Of a DNA stretch of 64,000 nt, positions 1 to 6,577 are shown in pieces. Position numbers and translations under genes: made by a program. The stretch comes from Candidatus Woesebacteria bacterium (GTDB lineage Bacteria; Patescibacteriota; Microgenomatia; UBA1400; PJMF01). Position 1 is the first letter of the stretch. Each line of letters begins with the position of its first letter. The DNA lies in NCBI GenBank assembly GCA_017999345.1, contig JAGNLY010000003.1:4138-68137 (forward strand), given 5' to 3'. The notes beneath the pieces are model-generated. The model was not told the DNA's origin, did no database searches, and saw only the letters and a program-made list of their open reading frames with translations.

Positions 1-1
1 A

Positions 2-235
2 ATATTTAATGAGGGAGACTTAGTTAACATTGAAAAATATCACGTCTATATCAAAACCATTGTTAAAAACGAACCAGTGCCACCTTTTAGTATGTCACTT
101 GAAAAAGATATGGATGATATCAAGGCTAGAATGAATCCAAAACAGGCAGAAATGATCAAAGAGCTATCAAGACTTAAATATGGTAAAAATGTTGATGTTG
201 TTCAGGCTGAAATTCAAAGTAGAAGTAATTTGTAA
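2..235 (+). CDS. hypothetical protein, C-terminal fragment (ORF open to left window edge)
   Basis: Frame 2 has no stop from nt 2 to TAA at 233-235 (...YHVYIKTIVKNEPVPPFSMSLEKD...SRSNL*). Absent from the track because it has no in-window start. Family not identifiable from the fragment. Confidence 0.55.
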   Translation: MFNEGDLVNIEKYHVYIKTIVKNEPVPPFSMSLEKDMDDIKARMNPKQAEMIKELSRLKYGKNVDVVQAEIQSRSNL

Positions 236-327
236 ATAAATATTTTTGGCGCAAGCTCGATTTCGCTGATTTAAAAATAATTATAAATCACGCTTCAATA
301 GGCTTGCTTACACAAATATTTATTTAC
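232..327 (+). repeat. imperfect-palindrome element, copy A
   Basis: Perfect 14-nt outer arms (232-245 / 314-327), then GCAAGC/GCTTGC, then gattta/taaatc. Core 255-303 matches the reverse complement of 13544-13594 in blocks CTCGATTTCGCT and CGCTTCAATAGGC. Lies between convergent stops. Confidence 0.7.
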
Positions 328-343
328 AAGCTAATTTAGTCAA

Positions 344-856
344 TTATAGATTATTAACTTCCTCGTAATCCTTCACAACAGATTTGCAGTAAATATACTG
401 TCCGTATTCTAGGGTTTTTTCATGAAGTGGTTTTGAATCTTGAGTGGCTTCGATTGGAGATTCTAACATTTTTGAGGCGCCAAGTATGTTGCCCACATGA
501 TCTTTTACCTCTAAAGTTTTGGATGATAATTGAGAAAATTCTGCTCCAGCACTCTCAATTGTATCGTCTAAATTGAAATTACTTTTTTTTGAGTTGGCTT
601 CTTGTAGTTTTTGGCTCAGTCCACTTAGAGGCGTTTTTTCGAGAGATTCTAGGGCAGATTGAGTTACTTTTTGAGAATCACCAAAATAATAAAAAGCTGC
701 AATTGCTCCAATAAGCAATAATATTAAGACAAATTTATTTTTTAAAATTCTCATAATTTTAGTATACATGCTTAATTGATTATCTGTAATATATTCAAAA
801 TACTCTCTACGAAGCAAAGCTTCTAATGATTGCATTTTAATATTATTACGAACCAC
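344..856 (-). CDS. hypothetical single-pass membrane protein
   Basis: 170-aa ORF with one hydrophobic helix (FVLILLLIGAIAAFYYF). GTG start as tracked; an in-frame ATG at 835 is an alternative. No family recognised. Confidence 0.5.
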   Translation of the reverse strand: MVRNNIKMQSLEALLRREYFEYITDNQLSMYTKIMRILKNKFVLILLLIGAIAAFYYFGDSQKVTQSALESLEKTPLSGLSQKLQEANSKKSNFNLDDTIESAGAEFSQLSSKTLEVKDHVGNILGASKMLESPIEATQDSKPLHEKTLEYGQYIYCKSVVKDYEEVNNL

Positions 857-927
857 TTATCTAAGGAAATAATATGCCAATTTGTAAAATAAATATTTCT
901 GAATTGTTGCTCTTGTTTGAAGATTCA

Positions 928-2136
928 CTACTCGTACCTGAGTGCCTCGATAGGAGAGAGTTTAGAGGCCCTTCTAGCTGGTGCTGCGCCAAACACTAAT
1001 CCAACTACGGTGGAAACTCCAAAAGCGAGAATCACAGCTTGTAAGGTAATTTTTGCTGGGAAGTAGATTTGGATAGCCAAAGTTCCCAAAAAGGCGATTA
1101 ATAGGCCAATCAAACCTCCTAGAATTGATAAAACAGCTGCCTCAATCAAGAATTGTAATAAGATTATGTTTGGAGTGGCACCAAGTGCTTTTCTCAGACC
1201 AATCTCTCTAGTTCTTTCAGTCACTGAAACGAGCATTATATTCATAATACCAATACCGCCAACCAAGAGGGATATACTAGAAATTCCCCCAAGGGCGATT
1301 GTCAAAACTCCTAATATTTGGTTGATTGTGTCTAAAATTTCAGATTGATCAAAAACGGAAAATTCGTCTTTTTCATACTTTTTAGCCAATTGTTTTTCGA
1401 TTGCGGCAATACTTTCTGGTATATTTTCTGCACTTTTAGTTTTAACAACTATTTCAACAATTTTTTTTGTATCGTATTGTTTAAACATAGTTTCTAGAGG
1501 AATATAAATATATGTGTCTAAACTTGGTCCTCCAAATGTACCACCGGCTTCCTCTTGGACACCAATAACAGTGAAAGTTTGATTGCCAATTTTTACTTTT
1601 TTACCAATTGGGTCAATATCACCAAATAATTCTTCGGCAACAGTGTGTCCAATCGAAACTACTTTTTTCTTGGAGTCATTTTCATTTTTATTAAAGAATC
1701 TGCCTTTTGCAACTTTTGTGCTAGGTTGAGCCGCGAGATATTGTTCAGTTGAGCCGATTACTGTGACCGATTTATCTTGATCTCTATAAGAAATATTGTC
1801 AGTTTGACTGTTAAAAGGCACCGCAATATCAACAAATTCTTTAATTTTTTCAATATCTTTGACATCTTCCATCTCAATTTTACTATTTGCAAGTGCATTA
1901 AGTTGATTTTCTCTGTTAAATCCACCATTTTCACCAAATGGATCTCCAGGAAAAACTAAAACTGTATTTGCACCTAACTCATCAAACTGTTCGGAAATAT
2001 ATGCTTGCAGTCCAGTACCGATGGCGGTTAGCATTACCACTGAGCCAACACCGATTATGACTCCCAACATTGTTAGAAATGCTCGATATTTATTGACTAG
2101 AATTGCTTTGATCGCAATTTTAAATGTATTTAACAT
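928..2136 (-). CDS. ABC transporter permease, MacB/FtsX family
   Basis: 402 aa. N-terminal TM, large extracytoplasmic domain, C-terminal FtsX-type 3-TM bundle (REIGLRKALGAT...). Start ATG overlaps the upstream stop by 1 nt (TAATG). Confidence 0.85.
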   Translation of the reverse strand: MLNTFKIAIKAILVNKYRAFLTMLGVIIGVGSVVMLTAIGTGLQAYISEQFDELGANTVLVFPGDPFGENGGFNRENQLNALANSKIEMEDVKDIEKIKEFVDIAVPFNSQTDNISYRDQDKSVTVIGSTEQYLAAQPSTKVAKGRFFNKNENDSKKKVVSIGHTVAEELFGDIDPIGKKVKIGNQTFTVIGVQEEAGGTFGGPSLDTYIYIPLETMFKQYDTKKIVEIVVKTKSAENIPESIAAIEKQLAKKYEKDEFSVFDQSEILDTINQILGVLTIALGGISSISLLVGGIGIMNIMLVSVTERTREIGLRKALGATPNIILLQFLIEAAVLSILGGLIGLLIAFLGTLAIQIYFPAKITLQAVILAFGVSTVVGLVFGAAPARRASKLSPIEALRYE

Positions 2137-2828
2137 TATTTCTTTTTGATTTTCTTGGTTTTAGAATCTTTAATAATCTGACCATCCTTAAAAACAATTT
2201 GTCTTTTGGCAAATTGAGCAATATCCTCTTCATGAGTAACCATCACAATTGTCTTACCTTCTTTATTTAATCTCATCAGAATATCCATAATTTCATCGCC
2301 AGATTTAGAATCTAAATTTCCAGTTGGTTCATCAGCAAAAATAATTGAAGGATTATTAATTAATGCTCTAGCTATGGCCACTCTTTGTTGTTGGCCTCCT
2401 GAAAGCTGAGCAGGGGAGTTACTCAATCTATCTCCTAAGCCAACTTTTTCTAAAATTTCTTTTGCTCTTCTAACTTGTTCAGAATGTTTAACTCCGGCAT
2501 AAACTAGAGGAAGACAAACATTGTCGAGTGAAGAAGTTCTAGCTAATAAGTTGAATTGCTGAAAAATAAAGCCAATTTCTTTATTTCTCAGTTTTGACCT
2601 TTCTATTTCATTGTATTGGCCAACTTCTTTGTCTTTGAGATAAATTTGGCCGCTGGTTGGTTCAGCTAACATGCTGGCAACCTGAAGAAATGTTGATTTA
2701 CCTGATCCAGAAGGTCCCATTATGGATATAAATTCTCCTTCTTCAATTTCAACACTAACATTATTGAGCGCTTTTATTAGGTTATCTCCTAATTGGTAGT
2801 TTTTTGAAACTTTTGATAGTTTTAACAT
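2136..2828 (-). CDS. ABC transporter ATP-binding protein (MacB/LolD-type)
   Basis: Walker [10 protein letters not shown], signature [15 protein letters not shown], Walker [16 protein letters not shown] at 2828 lies 4 nt after the upstream stop; the tracked start 2849 would overlap it. Confidence 0.9.
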   Translation of the reverse strand: MLKLSKVSKNYQLGDNLIKALNNVSVEIEEGEFISIMGPSGSGKSTFLQVASMLAEPTSGQIYLKDKEVGQYNEIERSKLRNKEIGFIFQQFNLLARTSSLDNVCLPLVYAGVKHSEQVRRAKEILEKVGLGDRLSNSPAQLSGGQQQRVAIARALINNPSIIFADEPTGNLDSKSGDEIMDILMRLNKEGKTIVMVTHEEDIAQFAKRQIVFKDGQIIKDSKTKKIKKK

Positions 2829-2832
2829 GCTT

Positions 2833-3876
2833 TTATTGTTGTGGAACAACTATTTCGTCAGATTCACTCAAGCCAGAAGTTACTTCAATCAAATCATCTG
2901 TCTCCAATCCAATTTGTATTTCTCTTTCCTCAGATTGATTTTCGCCGGTTTTAACACTGACGTAGTTTTTGTTATCTCTTTGAGTAATTGAAATTGTTGG
3001 AACAGTTAATATATTTTCTTTTGTTTCTAATAAAATATTGATGTCACCATTCATTCCAATTCTTAGCATGTTTCCATTTGCTAATTGATTAAGTGGAAAT
3101 TCGATTGTAAAAGCAGTGCCACTACTTGTTTCTGTACTTGTGTAGGAAACATAATTGACGGTTGTTGATATTGTTTCATCTGGAAATGCATCCAAAACCA
3201 GTTTGGCTTCTTGACCTTCAGAAATGAAAGAAATATCAGATTCATCAACCGCTGCTCTAAAAATTAAAGACTCTGGGTTAACAATTTCAAAATAATCTGA
3301 AGCTAATAATTGTATTCCAGTTACTGCGGTTGGCGAACTTGTTAGAATGCCTTCAAATGGAGCATAAATAGCTGTATTTTTGATGGCAATGTCCTGAATT
3401 TCAACATCAATTACAGTGTTGTTTAAGTCCCATTGATTTTTGTCGACTTCTCTTTGCTCGGTAGTTTCTAGTGGCTTATCTTTAATACTATCGACAGTAT
3501 TTTCCCAATCCCATCTTTCTTTCATGTATAAATTAAGATCTTTTTGGAGACTTTTTGCTAATGCAGCGCCATCAATTGTTGCGATTGTTTGCCATTTTTT
3601 AACTTTTTCGCCTTCTTTAGCGCCTAAATAAACAACTTTTCCTCCAGCAGCAAATCTTAGTCTAGCTTTTTCTTTGGCATCAACGTGTCCTGAAACTTCT
3701 AAAGTTTTATTAATAGTTTGTCGGTTTGGGTTCTCAAAAACTAGCTTTTCGTTATTTTTTGCTGCATTTGATTTAGAAATAGAAATAATCGCTAATATCA
3801 AGATTATTGCTATTACGCTGGAAATTTTCCATCTTTTTTTAATTGTTTTTAATATATTACTGATCATTTTTTTCAT
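2833..3876 (-). CDS. efflux transporter periplasmic-adaptor (HlyD/MacA-like) subunit
   Basis: 347 aa. N-terminal anchor, then barrel-sandwich and beta-barrel style sequence (YAPFEGILT..., GMNGDINILLE). Operon position upstream of the MacB-type ATPase and permease. Confidence 0.65.
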   Translation of the reverse strand: MKKMISNILKTIKKRWKISSVIAIILILAIISISKSNAAKNNEKLVFENPNRQTINKTLEVSGHVDAKEKARLRFAAGGKVVYLGAKEGEKVKKWQTIATIDGAALAKSLQKDLNLYMKERWDWENTVDSIKDKPLETTEQREVDKNQWDLNNTVIDVEIQDIAIKNTAIYAPFEGILTSSPTAVTGIQLLASDYFEIVNPESLIFRAAVDESDISFISEGQEAKLVLDAFPDETISTTVNYVSYTSTETSSGTAFTIEFPLNQLANGNMLRIGMNGDINILLETKENILTVPTISITQRDNKNYVSVKTGENQSEEREIQIGLETDDLIEVTSGLSESDEIVVPQQ

Positions 3877-3916
3877 TTTAACTCTTTCTTTCCACTAAAG
3901 ATTATATCATTTAAGA

Positions 3917-3944
3917 TTGATGTTGAGTTTTTGTGTTATATAAT
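3917..3944 (+). promoter_or_regulatory. sigma70-like promoter for tRNA-Ile
   Basis: TTGATG (3917-3922), 16-nt spacer, TATAAT (3939-3944), about 15 nt upstream of the tRNA 5' end. Confidence 0.45.
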
Positions 3945-3959
3945 AAGTTTTGTGATAAA

Positions 3960-4032
3960 GAGTCGATAGCTCAGTTGGTAGAGCGGTAAGCTTATACCTT
4001 ACTGGTCGGGGGTTCGAGTCCCTCTCGACTCA
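3960..4032 (+). tRNA. tRNA-Ile, anticodon UAU
   Basis: 73-nt cloverleaf. Acceptor GAGTCGA/TCGACTC, D stem GCTC/GAGC, anticodon stem GTAAG/CTTAC, loop CTTATAC, T arm GGGGG-TTCGAGT-CCCTC, discriminator A. No encoded CCA. Confidence 0.85.
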
Positions 4033-4037
4033 CATAT

Positions 4038-4069
4038 TAAAAAGCCCTGCTATATGCTGGGCTTTTTTA
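4038..4069. terminator. bidirectional intrinsic terminator
   Basis: aaaaAGCCCTGC-tata-TGCTGGGCTtttttt: GC-rich stem flanked by an A-run and a T-run, between the tRNA (+) and the stop of the 4087 gene (-). Confidence 0.7.
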
Positions 4070-4086
4070 GTTATTTTTGTAAATTT

Positions 4087-6489
4087 TTATAGTAGTAGGA
4101 AGAGAGCAACTCCAATTCCTAGGGTTGTTAAACCAGCCTTTAGCCATAGTAACCAGTCTTCAGGGCCAGTAGCAGGAAGCTCTGGAGGAAGGGTTGGTTG
4201 TGTTGTTTCAGATCCGGCAAGTGTGCAGTCTGTGGAGTTGGTGGAAGTTTCTAGTCTACATTTATTAGAGCCATCCGCAGTTGTCACACAGATGTGATTG
4301 TTGTTTGAACAATCTGCGTTGCTGATACAAGTCTCGTTGCAGCCAGGTTCTGAGGTAGGAGTAGGTGTTGGACTTGGCGTAGGCGTTGGCGTAGGACTTG
4401 GGGTAGGTGTAGGACTTGATGCGGCAGCAGAACAATTGGTGGACGATGGATTAGAAGCTAATCTACATTTGTCAGAAGTTGCATCACAAGTCCAACCAGC
4501 GTTTACACTCGAGCAATCAGTGTCTGAGGTACATGAATCATTACAATCTAAATCTCCTGCGGCAACCTCACAAGTAGTTGATGTTGGATTAGAAGCAAGT
4601 CTACATTTGTCGGAAGTTGCGTCACAAGTCCAACCAGCATTAGTAGTGGTGCATTGAAGATCACTCGTACAAGCAACATTACAGTTTACGCCTACTACAG
4701 CTTCACAAGTTGTCGATGTTGGATTAGAAGTCAATCTACATTTGTCGGAAGTTGCGTCACAAGTCCAGGCAGAATTGACACTTGAACACTCTGCATTAGT
4801 TGCGCAGCTGTCATTGCAGGCTAAATCCTCAACTACAGGAGCAGCACAAGTTGTCGATGTTGGATTAGAAGCTAGCCTACATTTATCAGAGGTTGCATCG
4901 CAAGTCCAGGAAGAATTGACACTAGAACACTCTGTATTAGTTGTACAGCTGTCATTACAGGCTAAATCCTCAACTACAGCAGCTTCACAGGTTGTAGATG
5001 TTAAATTTGAGGCTAATCTACATTTACTTGTAGTTTCATCACATGTCCAACCTGCATTAGTATTACTGCACTGACTATCAACGGTGCAAGTAGAGTTACA
5101 AATTTGTCCAGGTGGCGTACCATTTTCACAATAGACTTCGGTGCACTCAGCATCGCAGCCGCCTTGCTCAAGAGTTACTCCTTCTGGATGGCATGCCATC
5201 ATGCACTCGAACCAGACGCAACCGTTTGCATTACAGCTAGTAGAACTTGTCATTTCATCGCAGGATGAAGCAACTGCTTCTTGGCAGGTTATTGAAGTTG
5301 GATTTGTGGCTAATCTACATTTATTTGAAGTGTCGTCGCAAGTCCAGGCAGAGTTGGCGGATGAACATTGTTCATCTGTAGTACAGGATTGGTTACAAGT
5401 TAAAGTAGTCGCAGCCTCGCAGGTTAGTGATGTTGGATTACTTATCAATCGACATTTACTTGAAGCAGTATCGCATGTCCAATTTGGATTAACTGTAGCG
5501 CATTGAAAACTGGTAATACATGTTTCATTACAAGTCAGTGCTGCAACTGGAGGAGCACAAGTTAGAGATGTTGGATTTGAGGTAAGTCGACATTTATTAG
5601 TTGCAGTGTCACAACTCCAATCTGGATTAGTGCTCGAACATTGAGAATTTTCACTACAAGCGTCATTACAACTTAATGAAACTAATTCTTGGCAAGCTGT
5701 TGAGGTAGGATTGCTTGCTAATCTGCATGTATTTGAAGTTGCATCACAGGTCCAACCAGGATTACTGCTAGTACATTGAGCATTTGAGGTACATGTGTCA
5801 TTACATGCCTTTGGTTGAGGGCACGAAGTCATGTCAGTTGACCAAGTTGAGCCGTTGCAACAAAAGTTTTGACCACCACATGATTCAACTCTACCCACAA
5901 ATTGTCCGTTACAAACGCTAGAATTTGGAGAGCCGTCAGGTTCTACTGCATCACAACTATTTAAAATAGTTGGATCGTATGTGCCAGGACATTGTTCTTC
6001 TTCTGGACAAACTCCAGTTGTTGAAGCTTGTTGTCTGAGATCTTGACTTTGTTGACTTAAATAAAAACCAGCGCCAGATCCCAAAACAACTAAGAGCAAG
6101 ACGATAATGCCAATTACCATTTTTAAATTAAATTTTTTCTTAGGTTGTGAACCGGAATTAGCTTGCTCATTATTATCTGAGCTTGCAGAAGCGGTTGTGA
6201 CTGTACCGTCAGCCTTAACTAGACTTGCTTGAGTTGGGTCAGGAAATTTTGGTTTAGCAGGCATCACAGGTCCGGAAGTTGTTGGTGGTTTCTGTGTTGT
6301 TATGCCTGGTATTGGCGCAGTGGTTTGAACAAAACTATTTGGCTGAGCATTTGCCGGTGGCATTTGACTAGCAGGTGCAGATTGCACCCCAGTCATAAAG
6401 CTTCGATTTTGTTGTGCTGGATTATAAGTTGGGAAAGAAGGAGCAGTTTGAGTATTTATATCGCCAGGATTTGGTGCTGCTTTAATCAT
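4087..6489 (-). CDS. Cys-rich repeat surface protein (N-terminal TM anchor, 10 six-Cys modules, PT linker, C-terminal LPATG signal)
   Basis: 800 aa. P/Q/T-rich N-terminus, TM (MVIGIIVLLLVVLGSGAGFY), 10 modules C-x3-C-x5-C-x8-C-x6-C-x10-C (CNDSC..C..W.CD...KCRL.SNPTSTTC), SPTPTP linker, ELPATG plus hydrophobic tail. Confidence 0.85.
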   Translation of the reverse strand: MIKAAPNPGDINTQTAPSFPTYNPAQQNRSFMTGVQSAPASQMPPANAQPNSFVQTTAPIPGITTQKPPTTSGPVMPAKPKFPDPTQASLVKADGTVTTASASSDNNEQANSGSQPKKKFNLKMVIGIIVLLLVVLGSGAGFYLSQQSQDLRQQASTTGVCPEEEQCPGTYDPTILNSCDAVEPDGSPNSSVCNGQFVGRVESCGGQNFCCNGSTWSTDMTSCPQPKACNDTCTSNAQCTSSNPGWTCDATSNTCRLASNPTSTACQELVSLSCNDACSENSQCSSTNPDWSCDTATNKCRLTSNPTSLTCAPPVAALTCNETCITSFQCATVNPNWTCDTASSKCRLISNPTSLTCEAATTLTCNQSCTTDEQCSSANSAWTCDDTSNKCRLATNPTSITCQEAVASSCDEMTSSTSCNANGCVWFECMMACHPEGVTLEQGGCDAECTEVYCENGTPPGQICNSTCTVDSQCSNTNAGWTCDETTSKCRLASNLTSTTCEAAVVEDLACNDSCTTNTECSSVNSSWTCDATSDKCRLASNPTSTTCAAPVVEDLACNDSCATNAECSSVNSAWTCDATSDKCRLTSNPTSTTCEAVVGVNCNVACTSDLQCTTTNAGWTCDATSDKCRLASNPTSTTCEVAAGDLDCNDSCTSDTDCSSVNAGWTCDATSDKCRLASNPSSTNCSAAASSPTPTPSPTPTPTPSPTPTPTSEPGCNETCISNADCSNNNHICVTTADGSNKCRLETSTNSTDCTLAGSETTQPTLPPELPATGPEDWLLWLKAGLTTLGIGVALFLLL
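4351..4420 (-). repeat. Pro-Thr/Ser linker microsatellite-like repeat
   Basis: Plus strand reads ggtagg/agtagg/tgttgg/acttgg units with 6/12/18-nt periodicity, encoding SPTPTPSPTPTPTPSPTPTPT. Confidence 0.7.
4432..5107 (-). repeat. tandem coding repeat, 5 six-Cys modules (~135-nt period)
   Basis: Five consecutive units ...CN[DSV][SA]C...W[T]CD[AE]T[ST][DS]KCRL[AT]SN[PL][TS]ST[TN]C. Recurring DNA strings such as ctacatttgtc(a/g)gaagttgc(a/g)tcacaagtcca. Confidence 0.85.
5284..5810 (-). repeat. tandem coding repeat, 4 six-Cys modules
   Basis: Four units from PKACNDTC... to ...NPTSITC, same Cys spacing. Separated from the 5-module block by a different Cys-rich insert (CDEMTSSTSCNANGCVWFECMMACHPEG...). 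Confidence 0.8.
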
Positions 6490-6518
6490 TTTTATTAATT
6501 ATCTATTAAATCATTGTT

Positions 6519-6564
6519 CAAAGCTTAGCAAGATCATTTTAAGTTGAGATCTTACTAAGCTTTG
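6519..6564 (-). terminator. stem-loop between tandem paralogs (possible terminator or processing site)
   Basis: caaagcttagcaagatc (6519-6535) pairs with gatcttactaagctttg (6548-6564), 16/17 complementary, 12-nt loop. No clear U-tract. Confidence 0.4.
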
Positions 6565-6577
6565 ATTGTTTTCAGTT

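Noticed and set aside
232-327. Palindromic elements as integron attC sites
   Set aside because: No RYYYAAC / GTTRRRY core sites at the ends, no integrase nearby, and the flanking genes (rpsA and others) are not cassette-like.
4298-5506. Plus-strand ORFs of 110-121 aa (also 6229-6498, 6798-7001, 8873-9238) with repetitive GVGVGLG / LHLSEVASQVQ sequences
   Set aside because: They are antisense to the Cys-rich repeat genes. Their periodicity mirrors the sense-strand modules and PT linkers. They have no RBS, and the minus-strand frames have coherent domain architecture.
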